From a virus: a DNA stretch of 64,000 nucleotides. The DNA lies in IMG/VR virus record IMGVR_UViG_3300005293_000039, positions 10,541 through 74,540 of that record. One strand, written 5' to 3'. The notes beneath the pieces are model-generated. The model was not told where the DNA came from. It searched no databases and saw only the letters and a list, made by a program, of their open reading frames with translations. A program made the position numbers and the translations under genes. Positions within the stretch are counted from its first letter, which is position 1. Each line of letters opens with the position of its first letter. Shown one piece after another: positions 47,530 to 57,264 of the stretch.

Positions 47530-48218
47530 CAGCTTGGAATTGCATAAAAGACCATGAACCGAGCCGATCCTGCCGCTGCGCCGCCGTCTGCATAGGTAAT
47601 GATTAGCGACTCGGGACTACCCGGAGCCTCAACACCCGGATGAGCCTCGAATACTGTTGTGGCTGCTTGGGTCAGATCAATATCAGTAGCCGCAAGGTAC
47701 TTAGAGGTTTGGCCAACGATGCCGACCGATGCGGAGGGTGTTCCATCAAACGCCTCATCAATGACGACCTGAACCTTGTCAACTACCGCCCCGGCCGGCA
47801 ACGTGAACATTGCGACGGGCGATGTGTCGCCAAAGTTCAAAACCGTCTCATCGATCTTGTCATCGGCGTCAGTGCTCGCCGCGCTAATCCAGCTCAGCAC
47901 GCCCGATCCATCAGTCGATAAGACTTGGCTGGGCGATCCGTCATCAGGCGGCAATGTCAGCGTGACCGCGGCCGCCATTCCGCTTGCGGGACGCTGGACA
48001 GTGTACTTCCAGTCGGCACCTGATCCAGCAGCATCCGAGTTAATGTCGAACCCGTTCCCGCTGATGTTCATTTTCGATGCGGTAACTTCAGCGTCCGCTG
48101 AGTCGCCCGGATTTCTGACCGCCAGATTGCCACCGGAGTTTTTTAATCGTGGGCCAGTGAAGCCAATTCTGAAAAAGGCTTTGGTTGTACCCAGTAGGTC
48201 TTGCCAGATAGAGGCCAT
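47529..48218 (-). CDS. fibre/decoration-like protein
   Basis: TLP..DG...QVL.TDGSG.LSW; LPAGAVV..V.V...EAFD. Confidence 0.6.
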   Translation of the reverse strand: MASIWQDLLGTTKAFFRIGFTGPRLKNSGGNLAVRNPGDSADAEVTASKMNISGNGFDINSDAAGSGADWKYTVQRPASGMAAAVTLTLPPDDGSPSQVLSTDGSGVLSWISAASTDADDKIDETVLNFGDTSPVAMFTLPAGAVVDKVQVVIDEAFDGTPSASVGIVGQTSKYLAATDIDLTQAATTVFEAHPGVEAPGSPESLIITYADGGAAAGSARFMVFYAIPS

Positions 48219-48238
48219 TTCATTTGCTCCTTAAGTCT

Positions 48239-48724
48239 TTACGTTTGCATTTCCACAACAACCAATCCTGACCCCTGGGAGGCTCCCAAGCCGGGACTGA
48301 TAAATAACAAAACCTGCATGTCCGTTTCGTAGTAGAGATTCGGCGTTACTTGATAAGCCGCCTCTTCGCTTGGATTGTTTTCGAATGAGTTCATCAACAA
48401 TGCTGGGTTGTCCCCGTCCCCGATCGTTAAAGAGGGAGTTTCGCCATCAAAGGGTGTTTCGATAAAGATCGCGATGCGTTCAATCAGTTTCCCCGCAACT
48501 GCCATAAAAAGATCTGTCGGCGTGGCATCACCAAAAGAAAAGGGAATCTCTATGCGGGGTGTTCCAGCCGAACCGGGGATACCCTGCAATCCTTGTGGTC
48601 CTGATGGTCCCTGTATCCCGCGAATAACAACCTGAACATCCTTCTTTTCAATCGTGATTTGCTGGCCAGATCGAAAAGTCACGATCTGTTTCTTGGGCTG
48701 TATTGTGACTGTTTCTACAGGCAC
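48239..48724 (-). CDS. short collagen-repeat structural protein
   Basis: GIQGPSGPQGLQGIPGSAG. Confidence 0.65.
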   Translation of the reverse strand: MPVETVTIQPKKQIVTFRSGQQITIEKKDVQVVIRGIQGPSGPQGLQGIPGSAGTPRIEIPFSFGDATPTDLFMAVAGKLIERIAIFIETPFDGETPSLTIGDGDNPALLMNSFENNPSEEAAYQVTPNLYYETDMQVLLFISPGLGASQGSGLVVVEMQT

Positions 48725-49062
48725 GCTTTCTTAATCCTCGCCCTGCCGGTTAGCCAACTAAAATCTCTGTGTCCATCCGTGTAAGTAACGCTCCAGCAAA
48801 AATCGGCCGCCTCCCATTGGTACGCAGCGATTTCTTCCATCAATACCTCAAAGCCGATTACCCCATCGGATGGCATTGTTAATTTAGTGTTTTCTAGACT
48901 CCATATAACGGGTTCAAGCACAGTCCCTTCTGGGCTCTTGTCAGGATGGAAGGTTAGCTGTGTATTACTAAAAACAACGGGCGAACCATTTCCGTCTGTA
49001 ACGGTGACTTGCTCTTCCCAATAGTCGGCATCCTGTTTGAGCTCGATGGTCCAGCCAATCAT
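48715..49062 (-). CDS. BppU-N-like adaptor protein
   Basis: I.LKQ....VTDGNG.PV...G.I...L.G...I pattern. Confidence 0.5.
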   Translation of the reverse strand: MIGWTIELKQDADYWEEQVTVTDGNGSPVVFSNTQLTFHPDKSPEGTVLEPVIWSLENTKLTMPSDGVIGFEVLMEEIAAYQWEAADFCWSVTYTDGHRDFSWLTGRARIKKACL

Positions 49063-49067
49063 TCATT

Positions 49068-50897
49068 TCACCGTACATTCACCATCACAGTCTGAGATCC
49101 ACACGGACCACTCACTACAACACTGCTGGATTTCTTCTTTGCCTGAAGTCCAAATTCAACAATCACACTCGATCCACTTATCGATCGTGACGTTGGCGGA
49201 TCTACAGTTACCTGTCCGCTTGTCTGTGTAGCGTTCAACGTCGACGGCGAACTAAATCCCGATAGATTCACCACGAGCTTTCCACTACTCCATTGAGTCA
49301 ACACAGGACTATTAACTGTCATCATGCAGGAGATTGGCGTAGGGACAGGCGTTGGACTCGGGATTGGTGACGGCGTAGGCTGCGGGGTTGGCGTCGCCGT
49401 CGGAGTAGGAGTCGGGGAAGGTGAGGGGAGCGGGGTCGGGGTTGCAATAGGCGTCGGCGACGGAGTTGGCACGTTCCCATTTGCGGAATAACCCGGTACA
49501 AGTGCGTCTGTACCTTTGAATCCCACCAAGCCACTTAGATCCACCGGAAAGAAATTACCTGCTGGATAGATGCGCTCGAGCGCTCCAGCTATCACATTTC
49601 CCGAAACTACTGCTAAGGGAAAGTAAGTGTTAACTGTCGCGGTTCCTTCTTCGGTACCGTCTCCCTTAATTCCAAAACTGTTGGGTGATCGCAGCGTTGC
49701 ATTATTGCGATAGATGAAATTTAGCGACGGTTGGCCAGTGGCCACAATGAAGTTCCCGCCCTGCAAGTGCGTGTTGTGCTCAATCGTGACGTTGTTATAG
49801 CTCGCGACAACTAGCCACCAGTTCTTTATGTCAGTGAATAAGTTGTTGCTTATCAGTAGACCTGTACTCTGTTGCGAGACGTTTGGACTGTCCTTACCGA
49901 GTAACTGAATGCCTTGTTCTGTGCCCTTAACAGTGTTGTTGGTGAATTGAATGTTCTCCAGAATCGCCCAAGGTGCGCCGCCGTCCTGATTTCTGACTGT
50001 AAACAACACTCCGTAGCCAATCTGCGCATCGCCCCAGGAGTTCTCAAGTGTGTTGCCGTCAATTACTACGTTTCGGCCCATCTTGATTTCTATAAGGTTT
50101 TTAATGGACCAGTGAATTCCCGCATAGGCAGGATCACCGACCTTCCATCGTAGCGGCTTGAAGGCGTAGTTGTTGCGGATCTCAATGTTCGACGGAATAA
50201 GGTTCTGAATGGAGGGATCGGCGCCGCCAAAGAGGATGTTTTCGCCGGCCGCCTCGAGATAATTGTTAACAATGTGAAGCGGTCCCGGCCCGTTCCATCC
50301 ACACAGTGCCTGTGTGTCGTATCCAGTACCGTGAATCTCATTGATGTACGAGTCTGAAATGGTTATCTCTGAGCCATTAAGACTTACGCCGCGCTGCACT
50401 TCTTGAGTGCTATAGCCGTGTATCCAGCTCCGGCTGATTTCAATGTTGCTGGGAACTTCTGTCGCTGTTTGTATGCTTGTGCCGATCTGAAATAGGTCGT
50501 AGACCTTGGCATTTGTGGATGTGGCTACGTCTACTCCAATCAATCGCCAGTGGTGACTTCCCGGAGATGTCTTAATTACCGGCGCGGCAGTATCTACCGT
50601 GCTATTGCGCAAGGCCGCGAACAAGGATGCCTGTGCGGGATTGACTCGCGTTCCCGCCGGAAGTTCTGACGCACGCGAACTTTGAATAGTAATGAACGCG
50701 GTTCCTGATTTGTTCGGAAGGATGAACCCACCTGAATAAACAGCTCCTGCGTCAACGATGATCGTGTCGCCGGATTGTGCGGCATTAATCGCCGCCTGGA
50801 GATCGCCGCCCGCGGGGACAACAATCGTCTCGGCCAAACAGGCCACGGAGCAAAATAACAGCAGTACTGCTGATCGTAAGATTGGCTTAACTACCAT
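49068..50897 (-). CDS. secreted right-handed beta-helix protein with Pro/Thr linker
   Basis: Signal peptide (CLA|E); [16 protein letters not shown]; PbH1-like repeats; (PT/PS)n. Confidence 0.85.
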   Translation of the reverse strand: MVVKPILRSAVLLLFCSVACLAETIVVPAGGDLQAAINAAQSGDTIIVDAGAVYSGGFILPNKSGTAFITIQSSRASELPAGTRVNPAQASLFAALRNSTVDTAAPVIKTSPGSHHWRLIGVDVATSTNAKVYDLFQIGTSIQTATEVPSNIEISRSWIHGYSTQEVQRGVSLNGSEITISDSYINEIHGTGYDTQALCGWNGPGPLHIVNNYLEAAGENILFGGADPSIQNLIPSNIEIRNNYAFKPLRWKVGDPAYAGIHWSIKNLIEIKMGRNVVIDGNTLENSWGDAQIGYGVLFTVRNQDGGAPWAILENIQFTNNTVKGTEQGIQLLGKDSPNVSQQSTGLLISNNLFTDIKNWWLVVASYNNVTIEHNTHLQGGNFIVATGQPSLNFIYRNNATLRSPNSFGIKGDGTEEGTATVNTYFPLAVVSGNVIAGALERIYPAGNFFPVDLSGLVGFKGTDALVPGYSANGNVPTPSPTPIATPTPLPSPSPTPTPTATPTPQPTPSPIPSPTPVPTPISCMMTVNSPVLTQWSSGKLVVNLSGFSSPSTLNATQTSGQVTVDPPTSRSISGSSVIVEFGLQAKKKSSSVVVSGPCGSQTVMVNVR

Positions 50898-51027
50898 TCG
50901 CGCCTAACTTTCTGGACAAAGACCGAAGAGGAGTAAGTTCTCCGGTCCTTCCCCCATAGAACACAATCGCAAACACCAAAGAACAACCGATCTCTCGATC
51001 AGTATTCGCCTCGTTGGCGAATTTCGT

Positions 51028-51345
51028 TTAAGAACCCATTCTGTCTTCCAACGCATCAAATAGCGCGAACATCTCATCAACCATCTCGGAAGAGTTTTTG
51101 AATCCATTCGCGCCCGTTCCTGCGGGCCTGGTTCCGCTAACCGCGTCCATCATTTCGTGTTGGAGTTTCGAGATCGGCTCAGTATCGGCATAGCTCAATC
51201 TGTCGCGGTAGTACATCATTAGATTAGTCGCTGTTTGTGACGCTGCGCGGATCATTTCAAATCCACTGCTCGCGAGGGCCACACCGATTCGCCCATTGCA
51301 GATGATGATGTAAGTTGCGCGGGACGCTGGGGGAACTTCTGACAT
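51028..51345 (-). CDS. hypothetical protein
   Basis: AGGAG RBS. Confidence 0.55.
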   Translation of the reverse strand: MSEVPPASRATYIIICNGRIGVALASSGFEMIRAASQTATNLMMYYRDRLSYADTEPISKLQHEMMDAVSGTRPAGTGANGFKNSSEMVDEMFALFDALEDRMGS

Positions 51346-51354
51346 TGACTTCTC

Positions 51355-51897
51355 CTATTGCTGGTTTCCACCAGCTTTCTTGATTCGCTCTAGAGCGTCT
51401 AATTGTTGCTGAGTGAGCATGCCTTCGATCTTTTTCTGATTGCCGTTCATGACCTCGCGCCAAGCTTTGGCCTCGGCTGAATCCGCTTTGCGCTCCGCCG
51501 ACTCTGCCATCGCCGCTTCCTTGGCAAGCCGAAGTTCAGTCTTCATTTCGATCATCATGTCGCGCTGATCTGCGGAGCGCCACGATGATTGAATGCCGTA
51601 ACCTATGGCACCCGTAAGGATCGCGATCACGAACCATTTCGGCATGGTGATGCTGTCAACCGATTTGTTAACCGTCACGGGCTCCCACTCCCTAGCAAAT
51701 CGATACCACCAACTACGCAAGCGATCGCGCCACTGCTGTTTAGCCGGAAGACTTTCAGGCAGGTGCAATACTTCTTGCATCTTCCTGCTTGAGCTTCGGC
51801 CATTCGAGTGTGTGAAGTTAGGATTGTCAACTTGCGCTAACGCCATGCCTTGTTTGTGCAAATCCTTAAATCGATCGAAGTGCTGTCGTTCATCCAC
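51355..51897 (-). CDS. 1-TM coiled-coil membrane protein
   Basis: WFVIAILTGAIGYGI then coiled coil. Confidence 0.6.
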   Translation of the reverse strand: MDERQHFDRFKDLHKQGMALAQVDNPNFTHSNGRSSSRKMQEVLHLPESLPAKQQWRDRLRSWWYRFAREWEPVTVNKSVDSITMPKWFVIAILTGAIGYGIQSSWRSADQRDMMIEMKTELRLAKEAAMAESAERKADSAEAKAWREVMNGNQKKIEGMLTQQQLDALERIKKAGGNQQ

Positions 51898-51902
51898 ACG
51901 AT

Positions 51903-52025
51903 TTAACCGATCTGCTCTTTCCCTCCAACGGGGGATTAGGTTAATGTTTCCCGCCGCTCGCTGGCTTGGCCTCGCAAGTTGGGCCAGCGGGTGACGGCTG
52001 CGAGCGTTCTTTCGGGGGCGCTCGC
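51903..52025 (+). ncRNA. candidate structured RNA, three hairpins
   Basis: G-U-rich stems pair fully only on + strand; UUCG loop at 52011-52014. Confidence 0.4.
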
Positions 52026-52054
52026 GCCTCCACTTTCATGATACGTTTTCAAGT

Positions 52055-52492
52055 TCATCTCACTACTAACCTTTGAAACGCATAGGTAATGATTGCCAAC
52101 ACCAACGCGCCAATTACCAGCCGCGATAACCACATCATTGACGACTTCAGTTCGGCAAGGTCAGTTGCATTCGTCTTAATATCCGAGGCCATTGCTATCA
52201 TTCGCTCGCTATCGGTCTGCCGCTGAGTTCGTAGTTCTTCATGTGCCGGGCGATAGACATCAACTCTCACGAACTCAACCCGGTCCTTCTCAACCGCCTT
52301 TCGCAGCTCGTTCAACTCGTTCAATCGCCTGTCTAATTGCACCAGCGCGACTTCCAGCGCTTTTTGCTGGGCCTGCTGGTCCTTGGCGGTCAACTCTTTT
52401 AGGTGCGCAATTTCCCTGTCCAACTGAGCCGTAGTCAGCAGGGTCGGATCGGGAATAGGACGCCAGTCTTGATTGTTGTCGTCGGGCTTCAT
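52055..52492 (-). CDS. coiled-coil protein with C-terminal TM (holin-like)
   Basis: WLSRLVIGALVLAIITYAF. Confidence 0.6.
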   Translation of the reverse strand: MKPDDNNQDWRPIPDPTLLTTAQLDREIAHLKELTAKDQQAQQKALEVALVQLDRRLNELNELRKAVEKDRVEFVRVDVYRPAHEELRTQRQTDSERMIAMASDIKTNATDLAELKSSMMWLSRLVIGALVLAIITYAFQRLVVR

Positions 52493-52510
52493 TCACTAGC
52501 CGCACTGCTT

Positions 52511-52669
52511 TCAATACTTGCCATTAACAAGCGATGTGATCTTGTCATTCGTATCCGTCACCACTGTTTGATTCGCTCGATGTTCTCGATTGCTCCAGAG
52601 ACGGCAGAACACCACCACAATGATCGTGGTAACGTTGGAAATCAGGGCAATAGTTACAGCTTCGCTCAT
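52511..52669 (-). CDS. 52-aa 1-TM holin-like protein (not in ORF track)
   Basis: Own translation MSEAVTIALISNVTTIIVVVF...LVNGKY. Confidence 0.5.
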   Translation of the reverse strand: MSEAVTIALISNVTTIIVVVFCRLWSNREHRANQTVVTDTNDKITSLVNGKY

Positions 52670-52827
52670 CCAATTAAGTACGCCAGTGCGAGGGCAGCGA
52701 TTAAAGCAAGCTCAAAGGCACCCTTGCCCATCATCCAGAGTACAAATGCTCCTACCAGCACAAGCAGCACCAAGATGAACCCGATGCCGCTTGATTGATA
52801 GGTCTTTCCATTGACTACGATCGCCAT
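52666..52827 (-). CDS. 53-aa 2-TM protein (not in ORF track)
   Basis: Own translation MAIVVNGKTYQSSGIGFILVLLVLVGAF... Confidence 0.55.
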   Translation of the reverse strand: MAIVVNGKTYQSSGIGFILVLLVLVGAFVLWMMGKGAFELALIAALALAYLIG

Positions 52828-52839
52828 GGAGTGCTTCTC

Positions 52840-53067
52840 CTACGCCGGTGGTGCGGCTGGAGTGTTAGCCGTCACTGCCGCTGCAAGCGCATCGGTCTGA
52901 GCTGAAAGGTCGGCTGAGAGTTGCGCGGTTACAGTATCGTCGGCGAGATTGTCTGCCGCCACTGCATCAGCCACCTTCTGCGCAATGCCGTTAAGCATAG
53001 CGATTGCTGAAGCTGCGACATCCGCATTGCGTGTTACCTCTGCTTGTAGCTGTGAAAAGTCTGCCAT
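52840..53067 (-). CDS. Ala-rich coiled-coil protein
   Basis: ...DALAAAVTANTP; AGGAG RBS. Confidence 0.7.
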   Translation of the reverse strand: MADFSQLQAEVTRNADVAASAIAMLNGIAQKVADAVAADNLADDTVTAQLSADLSAQTDALAAAVTANTPAAPPA

Positions 53068-53077
53068 TTTAGTCTCC

Positions 53078-53452
53078 TTATGATTGATTGGATTGAACCG
53101 CAGCGTCGATCGCGTTGGTTGTTGATTTAAGTTCAGCGGTGAACTTGTCGATTTGCTCTTGTACCTGAGCTGAGTTGTCGTTGGGGGTTGACGCCGCTAG
53201 GGCAATCGCCGCCAGCCACTTACCGATGTTGTCAGACATGGTGGCGATGGACTCGTTGATCGCCGTCAGCTTCATGCCGACTTCAGTTCTTAGTTGGGAG
53301 ATTTCAGCGGCAACACTGGTATCGGGGTCGGATACGTTCTCAGCTAGCTTATTGATCGCTCCGTCAATCCCGCCCAGCTTCGTGTCCAGCGCCTCGAACT
53401 GCTTAGCGTCAAGACCGAACGCTATTGCTAGCTGTCTATTGCCATCGTCCAT
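53078..53452 (-). CDS. coiled-coil protein, C-terminus resembles 52840 gene
   Basis: TAELKSTTNAIDAAVQSN vs SADLSAQTDALAAAVTAN. Confidence 0.6.
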   Translation of the reverse strand: MDDGNRQLAIAFGLDAKQFEALDTKLGGIDGAINKLAENVSDPDTSVAAEISQLRTEVGMKLTAINESIATMSDNIGKWLAAIALAASTPNDNSAQVQEQIDKFTAELKSTTNAIDAAVQSNQS

Positions 53453-53498
53453 TTTTATTCAACCTTCCTGACTCTTGCGGCATTGCTGCCATGCCCGG

Positions 53499-54002
53499 TC
53501 ACGGCTTCGCTGCTACATATAGGGCATTAATTGCGCTCTCATCCGCAAGTTTTTCAACCAACGCTTTCTGTCTATTGGCTGTGTCGTTATTCAGCCTTGG
53601 ATCACTCAGTGCGGCTGCAACCGCCGGGTTCTGGGCCTGTGCCTTGAGCAGTGTTGCGATTGCCCGCAACGCAATTCGCATCATCGAAATTGCAAGCTTC
53701 ACGGTGGGATTAGTTACCCCAAGAGTCGCGGTAACTTGATCCACTACATTCGCGAGGTTCTCAAAGATTGACATCGCATCAATGAACTTGCCGGCGCGAT
53801 ACGCCTCATCGAATGACTTTGCAATAGCCACGGCCTTGGAAATCAACGCGGACTGGCCCGGTAGTAGGGATGACAACTCTTGGGCAGCACCGATCAGGAT
53901 GTTGACCCAGGTTGAGAGATTCTTTGCGCACGAACTGACGCCGACCGTGAGCGTTCCTACCGCCGCAAGCCCGCCTGTTTTAAGTAATGTTCGGCGATTC
54001 AT
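53499..54002 (-). CDS. Tat lipoprotein
   Basis: MNRRTLLK...VSSC lipobox. Confidence 0.7.
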   Translation of the reverse strand: MNRRTLLKTGGLAAVGTLTVGVSSCAKNLSTWVNILIGAAQELSSLLPGQSALISKAVAIAKSFDEAYRAGKFIDAMSIFENLANVVDQVTATLGVTNPTVKLAISMMRIALRAIATLLKAQAQNPAVAAALSDPRLNNDTANRQKALVEKLADESAINALYVAAKP

Positions 54003-54256
54003 TTGTTAAGCTGCTCCATTTCGTTTTTATCATCCGATTGCTGGGCTGCTATTCTCACTTGAGGACTACTTGCGCCACCCTGTAAACGCTCTGAAAGAGC
54101 CGTGACTGTCGCGCCGAGCGCGAGGATGAAGGCTGCGACCTTCGGCGGCATGAACTGAAACATTCCACCAATCTGCATCGCCACGATCAACATTGAGACG
54201 TAAGATAGACCAGAGATTACCCGCCCTAACGGCCCGTAAAAGATTGATCCATTCAT
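53999..54256 (-). CDS. 2-TM holin-like protein
   Basis: Two hydrophobic helices, polar tail. Confidence 0.55.
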   Translation of the reverse strand: MNGSIFYGPLGRVISGLSYVSMLIVAMQIGGMFQFMPPKVAAFILALGATVTALSERLQGGASSPQVRIAAQQSDDKNEMEQLNK

Positions 54257-54612
54257 TGCAGTGTTCCTCTTTGCTGCAAAGCCTGAATTCGCCAACGTCT
54301 CATTTCTTTCAATTGATTCTCTCGAATCTTTTCTATCCTTAGTCGATAAGCCTCTTTGTCAGCCTGAGTTGGCAATGAAGGGAGCGCCGCGCCGTTTGCG
54401 TCCAATGCATACGCAAACCCGAGCTCCGGCCCGTGCCAAACTGCTGGCCAATCTGCGACCGGAATTAAGAGTTCTGTTTTCTGTCGATCGTTACAACTCA
54501 GTAGGAATTCTTTTTGAGTTTCGCCAGTCTGGATGCAGCGGATCGCTACTTCCGGCTGTTTAACTGGAGTCTGAGGGAAAAGCAGAGTGAGAAGTAGAAG
54601 CGCAATGTACAT
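54253..54612 (-). CDS. exported protein
   Basis: MYIALLLLTLLF leader. Confidence 0.55.
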   Translation of the reverse strand: MYIALLLLTLLFPQTPVKQPEVAIRCIQTGETQKEFLLSCNDRQKTELLIPVADWPAVWHGPELGFAYALDANGAALPSLPTQADKEAYRLRIEKIRENQLKEMRRWRIQALQQRGTLQ

Positions 54613-54708
54613 AGCGCTTCTTAGTCTGCATGAATTGTTGGATTTAAGTTTTGAGCGGGTGAAAGAAGCCGCCGACGCGCTCGCCTCAGCGGCTGCAAAG
54701 GGTAACGT

Positions 54709-54945
54709 TTATTCGTCCTCGTCAGCGTCAAGCGCGTCCATAGCCACGGCGCGTGAAACATTAGCCCCCAAGTGGATCGGCTCGCCTTGAATCGCGCCAG
54801 ATTCATCTCGTTGCGTGTAAAGATCTGCGGATCCGTCAGGTGAGATCCACATAATCCACGAGGCGCGCTTGCGCCTTGATTCGTGCGGGTAAACGCACAC
54901 ACTGTATCCGGTCGAAGTGTCTAACGTCTGAATGTCGATAATCAT
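54709..54945 (-). CDS. hypothetical protein
   Basis: GAGG RBS. Confidence 0.5.
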   Translation of the reverse strand: MIIDIQTLDTSTGYSVCVYPHESRRKRASWIMWISPDGSADLYTQRDESGAIQGEPIHLGANVSRAVAMDALDADEDE

Positions 54946-55123
54946 TTTGGTCCTCTCTGTCTCGCTTTGCGCGGACTACAAAAGAATTTAGGTTGGAACG
55001 GGAAACAGGATGACAGAGAAGTGGGGTTTACTTTTAAGGTGAGACAGCAAAGCCGCCCAAGATGATCAGAACAAGGGCGGCTAAAGCCCTTCCCACAAGT
55101 TTCATTCGCTACCTCATATAGAG

Positions 55124-55321
55124 CTAACCAACATCTTTTCGCAGATACCACGCTCGCGCCGCAAGCCATCCGATTGAACCCATCATTATCCAGTGGCCTG
55201 CCAGCCCCGCAATGCTCGGCACGTAGCCTTTTGCCTGAGCAAGCATCAATGCAAGGCCAGAAAAGAAGACGGCAAACAGGAGAGATGGTCGCGGTTCTGT
55301 CTGAGGGGTTACTTGTGCCAT
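55124..55321 (-). CDS. 2-TM protein
   Basis: Two hydrophobic segments. Confidence 0.55.
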   Translation of the reverse strand: MAQVTPQTEPRPSLLFAVFFSGLALMLAQAKGYVPSIAGLAGHWIMMGSIGWLAARAWYLRKDVG

Positions 55322-55595
55322 ACCTTCTATTTTCTCAGCTTATTAACTGGAGTGACAACTACTTTGATAGCAGATCCTTAAGTTGCTTAGGCTGCAAATG
55401 TAGCGCCAGCGATTCTCGCATCCCATAGGCGAAGTACACGACCATCGGGCCTTACAGCCCATACAAAAGTGCTCGTGCCTTGCTGCTCGTTCGTATCTCA
55501 CCGTTTCAAACGGATGCGTACAATCCTCTTGCTACATCTTCTGCTAGTCTTTGAAAACCAGCATCGTCCTCTATGTCGGTTTTAATTAGCATGAA

Positions 55596-56258
55596 TCATA
55601 TTCCTGTATTCGCAAACGATCCTGCGGCCCGCCCGCGTAGTTCACTGAACAGCGCATAGCTTGTAACGTATCCGTTTCGCGTCTTTACCCAAAGCGGCAA
55701 CGACATTTCTGCCGCCTTAGGCGTGATTCCCGAATCGCCCGGAGTCAACATAGATGGCATTTCTTTGCCTTGCACAAGCTGGTACGGTAAGAACGTTCGT
55801 AGATAACCGTCCTTCACCACCCCTGCCGTATTCTGAAACGCGTACAGTTCCAACTCCCCGGCGCGTTCGTCTTCTGGCAAGCATTGGCGAATAGCAAACT
55901 GTGGCGTCTTAATTTTCGTGGCACGGGTTAAGAACGTAACGAAGTACTTCTCCAGATCGACGGGTATGTTGTACGGCTGTGCTGCCTGCACGGTCTTAGC
56001 AAAAGCCGCGAAGATACCATCTCTTTTGGCCTGCTCAACAAATTCAATGGGCTTCTTCTTAGACGGAATCTGCTTATTAACCTCAGCCGCCTTGTACTGC
56101 TCGCCCGTGAGCGTCTCGTGCACGCCCACAACCTGAATTCGGGTGAGAAACTGTAGATGCGTTTTACACGCCGGGCACTGAAACGATTTCGTTTCTTTCT
56201 CGATAGCCTCAATCTTAAGAGGCGTGTACGAAGGTAAATCTTCCGGTCTCACTGTCAT
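55596..56258 (-). CDS. hypothetical protein with CPAC motif
   Basis: TAAGGAG RBS. Confidence 0.65.
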   Translation of the reverse strand: MTVRPEDLPSYTPLKIEAIEKETKSFQCPACKTHLQFLTRIQVVGVHETLTGEQYKAAEVNKQIPSKKKPIEFVEQAKRDGIFAAFAKTVQAAQPYNIPVDLEKYFVTFLTRATKIKTPQFAIRQCLPEDERAGELELYAFQNTAGVVKDGYLRTFLPYQLVQGKEMPSMLTPGDSGITPKAAEMSLPLWVKTRNGYVTSYALFSELRGRAAGSFANTGI

Positions 56259-56272
56259 GTTTCGGTCTCCTT

Positions 56273-56305
56273 AGCGGCGGACTAACATGCCGCCGCTTCT
56301 CTTTT
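56273..56305 (+). terminator. hairpin with + strand U-tract
   Basis: AGCGGCGG-9 nt-CCGCCGCT-TCTCTTTT. Confidence 0.45.
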
Positions 56306-56352
56306 GCTGATGGTCCTAAATTATCTCAAGAGGATTTTCAGTTGTCAGTAAT

Positions 56353-57234
56353 TTAGTTGTTGCTATAGGTTCCCCCGATTGGTTCGCCAACCTTGTGCAG
56401 AATCATTTCTGGTTGCCCGCGTCCTAAGGGATGCTTCCTGATCCACTCGTAAAGGTTTTCCTCTTCCAGTTGAGTGACCACGCATTCAATCTCTTTGGTA
56501 TCCAGTCCCGTGACCTTGCGGATTGCCTTGACGTTCTCTGCGCCCCGATCATCAATCGCCGCGATTACCTTTTCCCGATGCTCCGCGATCTCCAGATCTT
56601 TGAGTTCGTCAACGATGTCATTTCGCCATTCTCCGCAGACGCGGCGGGCAAACTCCTGGTTAGGGCTGTTCTTGATAAAGTCGTTCGCAATAACGGTATC
56701 CATGTGAATCAAATGATCGCGCCACGCTGTTCGTGCTGCGCTGCGCGCTTTTCTTGTGGCCCTGTCAGCCCTGCGTAGCGCTTGCTCGCTGATCCACTTA
56801 TTCAAGGTGTGGTGAGACATGCCTTGAGACTTCGCAACTGCTAATGCCTCGGCGGGATTCGGGTGCCGACAAGCGGCTTTATGGATACTGAAATTCAATA
56901 ATGGGTCACGTGGCACAAATTGAAAAGTGCGCCATGTTCGCGCCAGCTTTCGCAGATGGCTCGGAGACAGTTCGACCGCTGTCGCCATCTTATCCATCGC
57001 TTCGCCCTTTTCGCCGTGCTTCTTCGTAAGCGATGCCGCGATTGCTCCCTGCGTCCAAAAGTGATCGTCAATTCCTTCGTTGACTTTACGAAACGCCGCT
57101 ACGTGCGCTTCCAGACTTTCCGCATGAAACTCAAGCAAGCCATTCTTGCCCTCAACAAACTCAAAGGCGAGATCCGGTTGTGATTCCGGTTCACGCTGGG
57201 GGATAGGTATTTCTATTCGGCTCTCTGTCATCAC
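56353..57234 (-). CDS. HTH-containing hypothetical protein
   Basis: W..G...A..VELSPSHLRKLAR..F...L.FS.H; C-terminal wHTH-like. Confidence 0.6.
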   Translation of the reverse strand: MMTESRIEIPIPQREPESQPDLAFEFVEGKNGLLEFHAESLEAHVAAFRKVNEGIDDHFWTQGAIAASLTKKHGEKGEAMDKMATAVELSPSHLRKLARTWRTFQFVPRDPLLNFSIHKAACRHPNPAEALAVAKSQGMSHHTLNKWISEQALRRADRATRKARSAARTAWRDHLIHMDTVIANDFIKNSPNQEFARRVCGEWRNDIVDELKDLEIAEHREKVIAAIDDRGAENVKAIRKVTGLDTKEIECVVTQLEEENLYEWIRKHPLGRGQPEMILHKVGEPIGGTYSNN

Positions 57235-57264
57235 GTTCGTTAAGTCTCCTCTCCCACAAGGAAA

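Noticed and set aside
49370-49470. Low-complexity GGCGT/GGAGT repeats
   Set aside because: Explained by the Pro/Thr linker codons
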